NCBI GenBank assembly: GCA_963632615.1
Contig: CAVGVF010000001.1
Span: 138,636 to 197,718 of the forward strand
Reading direction: 5' to 3'
Source of the DNA: an uncultured Eubacteriales bacterium
GTDB taxonomy: Bacteria; Pseudomonadota; Alphaproteobacteria; RF32; CAG-239
DNA: 59,083 nucleotides
Position 1 is the stretch's first letter. Each line of letters opens with the position of its first letter. Made by a program: the position numbers and the translations under genes. Of this stretch, positions 1 through 9,571 are shown piece after piece. The notes under the pieces are model-generated. The model was not told the origin of the DNA, ran no database searches, and saw only the letters and a program-made list of their open reading frames with translations.

Positions 1-2
1 CT

Positions 3-1580
3 GTGCGCGGACTGCGTGCGCAGGCTGACCGTGCGCTGTATAAAAAATATATGCTGCAGGCGCTGCAGGAAACTCCGAATTTGGATATTAAAGAAGGTGC
101 CGTTGAGGGGTTGCTGATAAAAGATAATAATGTCTGCGGCGTAAAACTTGCTGATGAAACCGAGATTTTTGCTAAAGCCGTGGTTTTGACAACCGGTACA
201 TTTTTAAATGGCGTGATGTTTACCGGTCATCAAACTTCTATCGGCGGGCGTGTCGGGGATATCTCGTGCACTGGCGTAACACCGTATTTAAAATCTTTGG
301 GCTTGCAGCTTGGACGCTTGAAAACCGGAACTCCATCCCGTTTAAACGGCGATACGATTAACTGGGATATTTTGGAAAAACAATCCGGCGACAAAAATCC
401 GGTGCCGTTTTCGTTTTTAACTAAGGAGCTCAACAATCGTCAGATTGACTGCGGAGTGACATACACCAATGAAACAACGCATAAAATTATTCGCGATAAT
501 TTTTCTAAGTGTGCTTTGTTTTCCGGCTTGATTACCGGTAAAGGGCCGCGCTATTGTCCGAGTATTGAAGATAAATTAGTCCGCTTTGCCGACAGAACCT
601 CGCACCAGATTTTTTTGGAGCCGGAGGGATATGATACAAACGTTGTTTATCCAAACGGTATCTCTACATCCTTGCCGGCAGAGGTGCAGGATGCTTTTAT
701 CCATACGATGAAAGGCTTGGAAAATGTGGAAATTCTGCGCTATGCGTATGCGATTGAATATGATTTTGTTAATCCGCAGGAGCTCGATCATTGCTTAGCA
801 GTTAAAAAATCTAAGGGCTTGTATTTAGCTGGACAAATTAACGGCACTACCGGTTATGAAGAGGCTGCGGCTCAAGGTTTGCTGGCCGGTGTAAATGCGG
901 CTTTATTTGCACTTAACCGCGGCAAGGAATTTAAAATTGACCGCAGCCAAGGCTATATCGGCGTTATGGTGGACGATCTAATTACCAAAGGCGTTGATGA
1001 GCCGTATAGAATGTTTACTTCGCGTTCAGAATATCGCTTAGTGCTGCGCGCTGATAATGCTGATGCTCGTCTGACTGAGCTTGGCTATAACATCAGCTGT
1101 GTTTCCGAAAATAGATACAGTGTATTTAAAGCAAAAGAAGAAAAAATTAAAAGGTTTAATGACTTTTGCTTAAACAAAATCGTTTCTTATCCTGAAATAG
1201 AAGCTTTGGGTATAACCGTAAAACATAATGGCAAAAAGACCTTAAAAGATTTACTGGGCTACCAAGATGTTTCACGTGAAACAATTTCTAAAATTGCACC
1301 GGAAAGCAAGGATATAGAAGATTCTGTTTATGAACAAGTTGAAATTGACGCTAAATATGCCGGTTATTTAAAACGAGAATATGAGGATATCGCTGTATTT
1401 AAACGTGATGAAAATTTGCAAATCCGCGATGATATAGATTATTCTAAAATCGGCGGTTTATCTACAGAAATGATTCAGCGCTTTACGGCGGTAAAACCAA
1501 AAACAATCGGCGAGGCTGCCCGCATCAAAGGCGTTACTCCGGCAGCGGTTACGGCAATTTTAGGATATATTAAAAAATGA
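3..1580 (+). CDS. mnmG: tRNA uridine-5-carboxymethylaminomethyl modification enzyme MnmG (GidA), 5'-truncated by the window edge
   Basis: The ORF is open at the window start. The translation shows the GidA-type motif GPRYCPSIEDK and the long helical C-terminal domain. It sits in the classical gid-par block upstream of rsmG/parA/parB. Confidence 0.95.
   Translation: MRGLRAQADRALYKKYMLQALQETPNLDIKEGAVEGLLIKDNNVCGVKLADETEIFAKAVVLTTGTFLNGVMFTGHQTSIGGRVGDISCTGVTPYLKSLGLQLGRLKTGTPSRLNGDTINWDILEKQSGDKNPVPFSFLTKELNNRQIDCGVTYTNETTHKIIRDNFSKCALFSGLITGKGPRYCPSIEDKLVRFADRTSHQIFLEPEGYDTNVVYPNGISTSLPAEVQDAFIHTMKGLENVEILRYAYAIEYDFVNPQELDHCLAVKKSKGLYLAGQINGTTGYEEAAAQGLLAGVNAALFALNRGKEFKIDRSQGYIGVMVDDLITKGVDEPYRMFTSRSEYRLVLRADNADARLTELGYNISCVSENRYSVFKAKEEKIKRFNDFCLNKIVSYPEIEALGITVKHNGKKTLKDLLGYQDVSRETISKIAPESKDIEDSVYEQVEIDAKYAGYLKREYEDIAVFKRDENLQIRDDIDYSKIGGLSTEMIQRFTAVKPKTIGEAARIKGVTPAAVTAILGYIKK
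1268..1283. promoter_or_regulatory. parS centromere-like site (perfect 16-bp palindrome TGTTTCACGTGAAACA) inside mnmG
   Basis: Exact match to the canonical ParB-binding parS palindrome. It encodes the peptide VSRET within mnmG. parA/parB lie 2 kb downstream. Confidence 0.8.
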
Positions 1581-2416
1581 CGGTTCAGAATTTTTCATAC
1601 CATTCGCACACAAACTTTTCCGATGGAAATAATACGCTGGAAGATATGGTTGCACAGGCTAAAAAACTTGGTTTCTGTGAACTGGGTATAAGCGATCATT
1701 TGTGCGTGCATAAAAATATACGGCAGAGTAAATCTTGGCCGCTTTGGGAACAGCGCGGTAACAGTCATATATTTAAAAGCGATTTCAAAGAAATCCTGCC
1801 TGATTTTCAAAAGCATTGCGAACATATCCGTAAAGTTTCTGCACAAAGCGGTTTAAAATTATATGTCGGTTTTGAGGTTGATTTCTTTACGTACAGCGAT
1901 TGGTTTGCTGAGCTGCAAGACTTTTTGAAGCAGCTTGATTATGACTATATCATTACCGGCAATCACATGCTGTTTGATGAAAATTGCGAGTCATTGATTG
2001 ATTTGTATGATATGTCGGTTTTCTTTAAAGATGAAGTTTTTCAAAAGGAATTGCTGCAGCGGCACTTCGAAACTATAGAAAAAGCTGTCAAAAGCGGTGT
2101 ATTTAAATTTTTAGCGCATTTAGACTATGCCCGCCGTTTAGGAGATGTTTGCTCTGCCGAAAAATTTATGCCGCAAAAACTGAAAATTCTAGATGCTTTG
2201 CAATGCCAAAATATGGGAATGGAAATCAGTACCAAAGGCTTGCGTAAAATTAACGATTTTTATCCGAGTGATGAAATTTTAACCGAGGCTGCTAAGCGCT
2301 GTATTCCGTTTGTTATCAGCGATGACGCGCATGCGGTTGCCGAGCTTGGTGATAGATTCGATTTGGCTGAGGCGGCTTTGGCAAAGCATAATATTCAGCA
2401 TAGAATTAAGTTTTAG
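1577..2416 (+). CDS. PHP-domain metal-dependent phosphoesterase (HisJ-type histidinol-phosphatase family)
   Basis: Its start overlaps the mnmG stop by 4 nt (ATGA). The N-terminal motifs YHSHTNFSDG and GISDH, and the C-terminal ISDDAH, are typical of PHP-domain phosphatases. Confidence 0.75.
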   Translation: MTVQNFSYHSHTNFSDGNNTLEDMVAQAKKLGFCELGISDHLCVHKNIRQSKSWPLWEQRGNSHIFKSDFKEILPDFQKHCEHIRKVSAQSGLKLYVGFEVDFFTYSDWFAELQDFLKQLDYDYIITGNHMLFDENCESLIDLYDMSVFFKDEVFQKELLQRHFETIEKAVKSGVFKFLAHLDYARRLGDVCSAEKFMPQKLKILDALQCQNMGMEISTKGLRKINDFYPSDEILTEAAKRCIPFVISDDAHAVAELGDRFDLAEAALAKHNIQHRIKF

Positions 2417-2481
2417 TGAATAACAATTATATTTTGTTGCATAAAATTTAAATGGCGCATACTTTATAGTCAGAGGTAAAA

Positions 2482-3132
2482 ATGAATTTTGATGAAGAAG
2501 TTTTGAGTTATGGTGTTTCACGTGAAACATTGCAAAAAATGAAAGATTTTTTGCAAATTCTTTTAGGGTGGAATCAAAAAATTAACTTAGTCAGTAAAAA
2601 TGCCGAAAAAGAATTGGAAACGCGTCATTTGCTGGATTCTTTGCAGCTGATAGATTATATCCGCGATGATGCAAAATTGCTTGTTGATGTCGGAAGCGGT
2701 TCCGGTTTTCCGGGAATCGTGTTGGCTATTGCCAGTCAAGAAAAATTTCCGGCTCTGAAAATTGTACTCATAGAAAGTATAACTAAAAAAACATTGTATT
2801 TAAAAGACGTCTGCGAACGACTGAATTTGCAGAATGTCGAAGTTATAAATGACCGGGCTGAAAACGTTGTATTTAAAAATGTCGACTATATAACCGCCCG
2901 CGCTGTGGCTTCTGTTGATAAAATCCTAAAATGCACAACCGGCCTGTATTCAAAAAATACGGAATATGTTTTGCCTAAAGGCCATACCGGATACGCTGAA
3001 TTGGAAGAGGCTGATAAAAATTGGAAAATGCTGGTTGATATCTATGAAGATTTTTATGCGCGCCCCTTTGAAGTTGAACGCGGCAAAGAAGGATATGTTT
3101 TCTGTTTGACGGGAATAAGGAGAAAGAAATGA
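2482..3132 (+). CDS. rsmG: 16S rRNA (guanine527-N7)-methyltransferase RsmG (GidB)
   Basis: SAM-binding motif VDVGSGSGFPGIVLAI. The size (216 aa) and the position between mnmG and parA also fit. Confidence 0.9.
   Translation: MNFDEEVLSYGVSRETLQKMKDFLQILLGWNQKINLVSKNAEKELETRHLLDSLQLIDYIRDDAKLLVDVGSGSGFPGIVLAIASQEKFPALKIVLIESITKKTLYLKDVCERLNLQNVEVINDRAENVVFKNVDYITARAVASVDKILKCTTGLYSKNTEYVLPKGHTGYAELEEADKNWKMLVDIYEDFYARPFEVERGKEGYVFCLTGIRRKK
2514..2529. promoter_or_regulatory. parS centromere-like site (second perfect TGTTTCACGTGAAACA) inside rsmG
   Basis: The 16-mer is identical to the site at 1268-1283 and again encodes VSRET near the N-terminus of RsmG. Confidence 0.8.
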
Positions 3133-3896
3133 AAATAATTTCTGTTGCAAACCGCAAAGGCGGAGTCGGCAAAACTACCACTACAATCAATATTGCCACG
3201 GCTTTATCCGCTATCGGACGTAATGTTTTGGTTATAGATTTTGACCCGCAGGGCAATGCCACAACTTCTATGGGAATCGCCAAGCAAAAGGAAAACTATT
3301 CGTCTTACGATGTTTTGATTGGCAACTGTGATGTTAAAGAGGCTATTTTGCATACGGATTTGCCAAGGTTTGATATGATTCCGTCATCGCCGGATTTAGC
3401 CGCTGCGGAAATTGAACTTGTGGAAGTAGAAAAACGCGAGTTTGTGCTGAAAAAAGCCTTAAGCAGTTTAGAGGCTGTATATGACTATGTGCTGATTGAC
3501 TGCCCTCCGTCTTTGAATTTAATCACTATTAACGCGCTGGTCAGTTCCAATTCGGTTATGGTGCCGCTGCAATGCGAGTTTTTGGCTTTGGAGGGCTTGG
3601 CCGACTTGATGAAGAATATCAACGCGATTAAACGCAATTTTAATCCTGCTTTGACTTTGCAGGGGATTATTCTTACGATGTACAGCCGTCAAAATAACCT
3701 CAGCCAGATGATTGAAGCGGATGTGCGCAAATATTTCGGCGACAAAGTTTATCAAACGGTTATTCCGCGCAGCGTGCGGATAGCTGAGGCTCCGTCGCAC
3801 GGCAAGCCTATATTGATTTATGATTTCAAAAGCGCCGGAGCGCAGGCCTATATTCAGTTGGCAAAAGAAGTTTTGAAAAGAGAAAAGGAGTTATAA
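3129..3896 (+). CDS. parA: chromosome partitioning ATPase ParA/Soj
   Basis: Deviant Walker A motif NRKGGVGKTTTTINIA. Its start overlaps the rsmG stop by 4 nt, and parB follows directly. Confidence 0.92.
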   Translation: MKIISVANRKGGVGKTTTTINIATALSAIGRNVLVIDFDPQGNATTSMGIAKQKENYSSYDVLIGNCDVKEAILHTDLPRFDMIPSSPDLAAAEIELVEVEKREFVLKKALSSLEAVYDYVLIDCPPSLNLITINALVSSNSVMVPLQCEFLALEGLADLMKNINAIKRNFNPALTLQGIILTMYSRQNNLSQMIEADVRKYFGDKVYQTVIPRSVRIAEAPSHGKPILIYDFKSAGAQAYIQLAKEVLKREKEL

Positions 3897-4808
3897 ATGA
3901 ACGCTAATAATAAAAAATTCGGTTTAGGGCGTGGCTTGGAAGCTTTGCTTGGCGATGAAGATATAAACTTGGACTTAGACAGTGAAACGGCAGATGTCAG
4001 CAGCTTGGTTGAGAACACTGTATTTAAATCTGAAAAAAATGAGGTTAAGATAACAGATATTGTTCCTTGCTCTTTTCAGCCGCGTACGGAGTTTGACCGC
4101 GAAGCACTGGAGTCTTTAGCTCAGTCCATAAAAGAAAAAGGCGTGCTGCAGCCGCTTTTGGTACGCAAAAAGAACGATAAATATGAAATTATTGCCGGTG
4201 AACGCCGCTGGCGCGCGGCTCAGCTTGCCGGTTTGGCTGAAGTTCCGGTAATTGTGAAAGACTTAAACGACAGTGAAACTCTGGAAATCGCCTTAATTGA
4301 AAACCTGCAGCGTGAAAATCTTTCGGCTATTGAAGAAGCCGAGGGCTTAAACCGCCTGATGAATGAATATGCCTACACTCAAGAAGTTATCGGCAAAGTT
4401 ATCGGCAAGTCGCGCAGCTATATTGCCAACACTCTGCGCCTTTTAGGCTTGCCGGAAGAAATTAAACAGCTGGTAAAAGAAAATAAGCTGTCAGCCGGTC
4501 ATGCACGGGCTTTAATCGGCTGCGAAAATGCCGTAGAGCTTGCAAATAAAGTTGTCAAAGAAGGTTTGAGCGTGCGCGAAGCCGAAGCCTTGGCTGCTAA
4601 CGCTAAGGGTATAAATGTAAAAAATATTGCGCCGAAACAGCCGAAGCCTGTAGACAGAGATTTAGAAAAAATTATGGCGGACTTAGAAGAAAAATTAAAA
4701 CTGAAAGTCAAAATAAATGCTGGAAAAAAAGGTAAAGGTAGTATAACATTGCACTATAACACACCGGCAGAATTAAGCTCGCTTTTAGATATTTTAGAAC
4801 AAAGATAG
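3897..4808 (+). CDS. parB: chromosome partitioning protein ParB/Spo0J
   Basis: ParB box motifs GERRWRAA and LIENLQRENL, plus a helix-turn-helix region (SRSYIANTLRLL). Confidence 0.92.
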   Translation: MNANNKKFGLGRGLEALLGDEDINLDLDSETADVSSLVENTVFKSEKNEVKITDIVPCSFQPRTEFDREALESLAQSIKEKGVLQPLLVRKKNDKYEIIAGERRWRAAQLAGLAEVPVIVKDLNDSETLEIALIENLQRENLSAIEEAEGLNRLMNEYAYTQEVIGKVIGKSRSYIANTLRLLGLPEEIKQLVKENKLSAGHARALIGCENAVELANKVVKEGLSVREAEALAANAKGINVKNIAPKQPKPVDRDLEKIMADLEEKLKLKVKINAGKKGKGSITLHYNTPAELSSLLDILEQR

Positions 4809-4820
4809 GAGAAAATTAAA

Positions 4821-5063
4821 ATGGCTACAATTTTAGAAAAAATGTTGGAAAACTGCAAAAAAGCCGGATACTATCCGACTCAGAATATTGAAAAAATCGC
4901 TAAGGCAAAAAATATGATGTTCGGCGACAGCGAATGGCAGCGCTGTCCTTGCGACGGCAACAATGAAAAAAGATATTGCATTTCCGAGCTTTGCCGCAGC
5001 GATATTGAGCGCGACGGTATTTGTCATTGCCGCTGCTATCAAAAAGCTGGTTCCGATAAATAA
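4821..5063 (+). CDS. small Cys-rich protein resembling the ferredoxin-thioredoxin reductase catalytic (FTR-beta) domain
   Basis: An 80-aa ORF with a good SD (TAGGAGAAAA) 12 nt after the parB stop. Its cysteine pattern CPC...C...C...CHC-x-C resembles the FTR catalytic-subunit CPC/CHC signature. A hairpin follows. Confidence 0.55.
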   Translation: MATILEKMLENCKKAGYYPTQNIEKIAKAKNMMFGDSEWQRCPCDGNNEKRYCISELCRSDIERDGICHCRCYQKAGSDK

Positions 5064-5073
5064 TTTATGACCG

Positions 5074-5100
5074 AGGGGCGCCTTTTTCGGGCGCCTTTAT
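5074..5100 (+). terminator. putative intrinsic terminator after the FTR-like gene
   Basis: GGCGCC (5077-5082) pairs with GGCGCC (5090-5095), extended by G-U and A-U pairs, and a T-rich tail follows. Confidence 0.4.
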
Positions 5101-5106
5101 TGCCGA

Positions 5107-8100
5107 ATGAAAGACCCTAAATTTATACATTTGCGTGTTCACACCGCTTATTCTTTGTCGCTTGGCGCCATGCTGGTGCCAAAGCTGGTGCATAAAATGC
5201 ATGATTTGGGTATTCCTTGCTGCGCTATTACCGACAGAGGCAATTTGTTTGGCGGCAAGTGCTTCTCAAAATATGCCTCAGATGAAGGAATTAAGCCGAT
5301 TCTCGGTTCTGAACTCTGTGTGCATAATGAGGATTCGGAAAACTTAGCTTTGTCTAAAGGCAAGGAGCTTCCGCCGGATAGAATTATATTGCTGGTAAAA
5401 GATGAAACCGGCTATAAATCTATCATGAAAATGTTCCGCCGCTATTATCTGGATAATATGGAACACAGCGATACGCCGCAGCTTACTATGCAGAATTTGC
5501 GTGATTTCAGCGACGGTCTTATTTGCTTTACCGGCGGCTATGAAGGGCCAATCGGGCGGTTGATTTTGCAAAACCGCAAAGATGAAGCCGAGAAAAAACT
5601 GCTGGAATATAAAGAGATTTTCGGCGACAGATTGTATATGGAAATTTCCCGCGTCGGCTATGAAGAAGAAAAAAAGACCGAGCCGGTATTCTTGGAGCTA
5701 GCCTATAAACACAATATTCCGCTGGTGGCGACAAACGATGTTTTCTTTTTTGATGAAAGCATGTATGAGGCGCATGACGCGTTGTGCTGTATTGCCGCCG
5801 GAGAATATGTGGCAAATGAAAACCGCCGTAAATATCTGCCGGGCAACCATTGGCGTACCGAAGCCGAAATGGTGGAATTGTTTAAAGATATACCGGAAGC
5901 GGTTGAAAATACGGTAAATATTGCCAAACGCTGCAATTATCTTTCCTATAAAATGGAGCCTCTGCTGCCGATATTTATTTGCCCGGAGGGTAAGACTCAG
6001 GATGAGTTTATTACCGAAGAAGCCTATAAAGGCTTAAACGAGCGTATGAAAATCCAAGTTTATCATGACGGAATGAGCGCGGAAGAACGCGCAGAAATCG
6101 ATAGGCATTATTATGAGCGTTTGGATTATGAATTAAGCGTTATTAAAAAAATGGGCTTCCCGGGCTATTTCCTTATCGTGTCAGACTTCATCCGCTGGTC
6201 TAAGACCCACGGCGTACCGATTGGTCCGGGGCGTGGTTCCGGTGCCGGTTCCATTGTGGCGTGGGCGCTGAAAATTACAGACTTGGATCCGATTCGCTTA
6301 GACTTGCTGTTTGAAAGATTTTTGAACCCGGAACGTGTTAATATGCCGGATTTTGACGTGGACTTGTGTCAGGAAAATCGCCATAAAACCATTGAATATG
6401 TGCAGAAAAAATATGGCTATGACCATGTGGCGCAAATTATCACATACGGTAAATTGCAATCAAAAGCCGTGATTCGCGATGTGGCGCGTGTGCTGCAAAT
6501 GCCGTATAGCCAGGCGGATAGAATTTCCAAAATGATTCCGCCGGGGCAGGGCGGTAAAAACCCGACTTTGCAGGAAGCTTTAGACCAAGTTCCGGAGCTT
6601 GAAGAAATGCGGGTAAAAGATCCGCAGATTAACAAGCTGTTTGATATTGCCATGAAGCTGGAAGGGTTATACCGCAACTCCGGCATGCACGCTGCCGGCG
6701 TGGTTATCGGTGACAGACCGCTGGATCAGCTGGTACCGCTTTATAAAGACCCGCGCGCCGAAATGCCGGTTACGCAATATGATATGAAGTTTGTGGAAGA
6801 AACCGGCTTAATCAAGTTTGACTTTTTGGGGTTGAAAACTCTGACGGTTATTAAACGCGCTGTGGACTGGGTAAAGAAAACCCATGGCATAGAGCTGGAT
6901 ATGGCGGCGGTTCCTTTGGATGACAAGCCGACATACGAACTGATGCAAGAGGGCAATACCAGCGCTATTTTCCAATTTGAATCTTCCGGCATGCGCGATG
7001 TGATGAAGCAAATCAAACCTGACCGTTTTGAAGATTTAATCGCCGTTATTTCTCTTTACCGCCCGGGGCCGATGGATAACATTCCGACTTATATCAACCG
7101 CAAGCACGGACGTGAAGAGATTAAATATCTGCATCCGGACTTGGAGCCGATTTTGGGCGAAACCTACGGAATTATGGTGTACCAAGAGCAAGTTATGAAA
7201 ATTGCTCAGGTTTTGGGCGGATATACGCTGGGCGGTGCGGATAAGCTGCGTAAGGTTATGGGTAAAAAAATGCGCGATGAAATTCCGCATCAGCGCCAAA
7301 TGTTTACTGACGGAGCTATCAAAAAAGGCATAGACGGCGAAGTTGCCAAGACTATTTTTGACCAAATGGAAAAGTTTGCCTCCTATGGCTTTAACAAATC
7401 GCACGCTGCCGCATATTCGCTGATTTCTTACCAAACGGCGTATTTAAAAGCCCACTATCCGGTGGAATTTATGTGCGCCATTATGGACTTTGATATTACC
7501 AATACCGAAAAAGTGCTGTTCTATACCGAAGAGTTCAAAAAAATGGGCTACAAAGTGCTGACGCCGGATATCAATATGTCCAACGCTTTGTTTAAGGTGG
7601 AGGGCAATAATATCCGCTTTGCTCTTGCCGGCTTAAAAGGCGTGGGCGAAGCCAATATGAACGCCATTGTTGAAGAACGCGAGAAGAATGGAAAATTCAA
7701 GGATTTATCTGATTTTATACATCGTGTTGATGTTAAGCAGATAAACCGCAAGCAGCTGGAACAGCTGATAAAAGCCGGTGCGTTTGATTGCTTGGATACC
7801 AATCGCGGCAAGCTGTTTGCCAATATTGAAAACATAATGCGCCACATGGCTGCTGCGGCAGAACTTAAAAACAGCTGCCAAACCTCGTTATTTGGCAGCG
7901 AAGAGCTTAATGCCAAGGTAAAATTGCAGGAAAAACCGGATTGGCCGGCTTTGGAACGCTTGCAGTTTGAGGCGGAAGCCATTGGTTTTTATTTGTCTTC
8001 ACATCCGCTTGATGTCTATCGTGAAAGTATGGAGCGTCTGGGAGTTACTACCTACGCTGATGCCGTAAAAGGAATAAAAACCGGCGATACGATTTATGCT

Positions 8101-8580
8101 AACTTGGCCGGCTGTTTGCAAAGTTTTCAAAAGAAAATCGGCAAGAGCGGCAAGCCGTTTGCTTTTGTGAAACTTTCGGATACAACTTCAGCATACGAGG
8201 GTATTTTATTTTCGGACGGAATTGCTAAATTTGAACATGCTCTCAACAGCGGTTTACCGCTTTATGTTAAAGTAAAAATAGATAAGCAGTCTGACGATAT
8301 GCCGCCGCGCATGCTGTTTAATGTGATAAAAACTTTGGATGATGAAATTGCTGAAAATTCAAAGGGTTTGATTATTGTGGTAAATAATGTAGAAGCCGTG
8401 CGCCCGATTCGCGAGGCTTTATCTCACGAGCATTACGGAACCAACAAAGTTTATATTAAGCCGGAAAATGACGACTGGGATATTCGTATAGAACTGAAAA
8501 ACGGCTATGCTCTGGCCAACGGAGATTTGCTGTCTTCAATCCGCGCCATTGCTGGAGTTACTTTAGTAAAGGAAATATAA
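5107..8580 (+). CDS. dnaE: DNA polymerase III alpha subunit
   Basis: 1157 aa with an N-terminal PHP domain (HLRVHTAYS), the catalytic motif PDFDVD, GLIKFDFLGLKTL, and a C-terminal OB-fold region. Confidence 0.97.
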   Translation: MKDPKFIHLRVHTAYSLSLGAMLVPKLVHKMHDLGIPCCAITDRGNLFGGKCFSKYASDEGIKPILGSELCVHNEDSENLALSKGKELPPDRIILLVKDETGYKSIMKMFRRYYLDNMEHSDTPQLTMQNLRDFSDGLICFTGGYEGPIGRLILQNRKDEAEKKLLEYKEIFGDRLYMEISRVGYEEEKKTEPVFLELAYKHNIPLVATNDVFFFDESMYEAHDALCCIAAGEYVANENRRKYLPGNHWRTEAEMVELFKDIPEAVENTVNIAKRCNYLSYKMEPLLPIFICPEGKTQDEFITEEAYKGLNERMKIQVYHDGMSAEERAEIDRHYYERLDYELSVIKKMGFPGYFLIVSDFIRWSKTHGVPIGPGRGSGAGSIVAWALKITDLDPIRLDLLFERFLNPERVNMPDFDVDLCQENRHKTIEYVQKKYGYDHVAQIITYGKLQSKAVIRDVARVLQMPYSQADRISKMIPPGQGGKNPTLQEALDQVPELEEMRVKDPQINKLFDIAMKLEGLYRNSGMHAAGVVIGDRPLDQLVPLYKDPRAEMPVTQYDMKFVEETGLIKFDFLGLKTLTVIKRAVDWVKKTHGIELDMAAVPLDDKPTYELMQEGNTSAIFQFESSGMRDVMKQIKPDRFEDLIAVISLYRPGPMDNIPTYINRKHGREEIKYLHPDLEPILGETYGIMVYQEQVMKIAQVLGGYTLGGADKLRKVMGKKMRDEIPHQRQMFTDGAIKKGIDGEVAKTIFDQMEKFASYGFNKSHAAAYSLISYQTAYLKAHYPVEFMCAIMDFDITNTEKVLFYTEEFKKMGYKVLTPDINMSNALFKVEGNNIRFALAGLKGVGEANMNAIVEEREKNGKFKDLSDFIHRVDVKQINRKQLEQLIKAGAFDCLDTNRGKLFANIENIMRHMAAAAELKNSCQTSLFGSEELNAKVKLQEKPDWPALERLQFEAEAIGFYLSSHPLDVYRESMERLGVTTYADAVKGIKTGDTIYANLAGCLQSFQKKIGKSGKPFAFVKLSDTTSAYEGILFSDGIAKFEHALNSGLPLYVKVKIDKQSDDMPPRMLFNVIKTLDDEIAENSKGLIIVVNNVEAVRPIREALSHEHYGTNKVYIKPENDDWDIRIELKNGYALANGDLLSSIRAIAGVTLVKEI

Positions 8581-8581
8581 A

Positions 8582-9523
8582 ATGAAATTAACATTCCCTA
8601 AAATTATATACAAAACTGCAGTATTGCTTAAAAATATAAGCGGAAATTTAAAAATACCGGCGTTTTATGCGGCTGTTTTATGTGTTTTGGCTTTTTTAAC
8701 CGGATTCCCGATGTCTTGCCAGCTGGGCAGAGAAGGCGGCTGGTGGTGCTATCTTGAAAAAAATAACAGTGAGATGCCGCTGTATGCTTTTATACTATGC
8801 AAGCTTTTGCTTTTGTTTGTTTGCTGTTCGTTTTTTGTAGATTTTTATAATACGGCGTTTAACAAAAAAGCTTTCAGCTGGAAAAATCTGGTTTTATTTA
8901 ACTCCGAACGCCTGAAGAAAATCGGCCTGCTGTTTGGTGCCTTGTTTATTTTTGTTGCGCCGATTGCCTTGGCGTTTGCTATTTTTCTGAAAAAAGCCAA
9001 TCCGGACTGGCGTATTGAGTTTATATATTTTGTAATTATGTTTATTTGCTGCTGGATGCCGTTTATTGTTATACGCCTGTCGGCTGTCGTAAGTTATTTT
9101 TTAAGTGACGGAAAATTTCCGTCTGTGAAAGTGTTATGGCAAAAAACCGAAGACCGAAATTTCAGCATTATTTTTTCTTATGTGCTGATTTTTGTTATTT
9201 TGAACTTTTTATCTTTGCAGATTTCATTTATTTTAAGATTGCTGGTGCTGAAATATTTTTATTTTTCAATAGCGTTAATTACAGAATTTTTCAGCAACGT
9301 ATTTATTTTGTTTGCCGAAATTGTGTTTATGATGCTGTTTAGGGCTATGCACGAAATTTTGGAGTCTGAAAATCCGAGTCCGTCAGATGAAAATACAGCT
9401 ATGGATTCGCCAAAAAATGATACGGTATTGCCAACAGCCGAAGATGATAGCTCCAGAGTCAAAAAATCGGCTAAAAAAGCAAAATCGGCAAAATCCCGCA
9501 AAAATAAAAAGGAAAAAAAGTAA
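8582..9523 (+). CDS. polytopic membrane protein of unknown function with a Lys-rich C-terminal tail
   Basis: Its ATG lies 1 nt after the dnaE stop. The translation has multiple hydrophobic segments and the tail KKSAKKAKSAKSRKNKKEKK. I recognised no family motif. Confidence 0.6.
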   Translation: MKLTFPKIIYKTAVLLKNISGNLKIPAFYAAVLCVLAFLTGFPMSCQLGREGGWWCYLEKNNSEMPLYAFILCKLLLLFVCCSFFVDFYNTAFNKKAFSWKNLVLFNSERLKKIGLLFGALFIFVAPIALAFAIFLKKANPDWRIEFIYFVIMFICCWMPFIVIRLSAVVSYFLSDGKFPSVKVLWQKTEDRNFSIIFSYVLIFVILNFLSLQISFILRLLVLKYFYFSIALITEFFSNVFILFAEIVFMMLFRAMHEILESENPSPSDENTAMDSPKNDTVLPTAEDDSSRVKKSAKKAKSAKSRKNKKEKK

Positions 9524-9534
9524 GAGAAAAGAAA

Positions 9535-9562
9535 ACCGCCGGATTTTAATTTATCCGGCGGT
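9535..9562 (-). terminator. intrinsic terminator between convergent genes
   Basis: A perfect 10-bp stem forms between ACCGCCGGAT (9535-9544) and ATCCGGCGGT (9553-9562) with an 8-nt loop. Read on the minus strand it is followed by a T-rich tract. Confidence 0.6.
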
Positions 9563-9571
9563 AAGCCTTAT

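Noticed and set aside
7036-7982. Antisense ORFs of 132 and 144 aa within dnaE
   Set aside because: They lie inside an unambiguous dnaE reading frame and are typical long antisense frames of a large gene.
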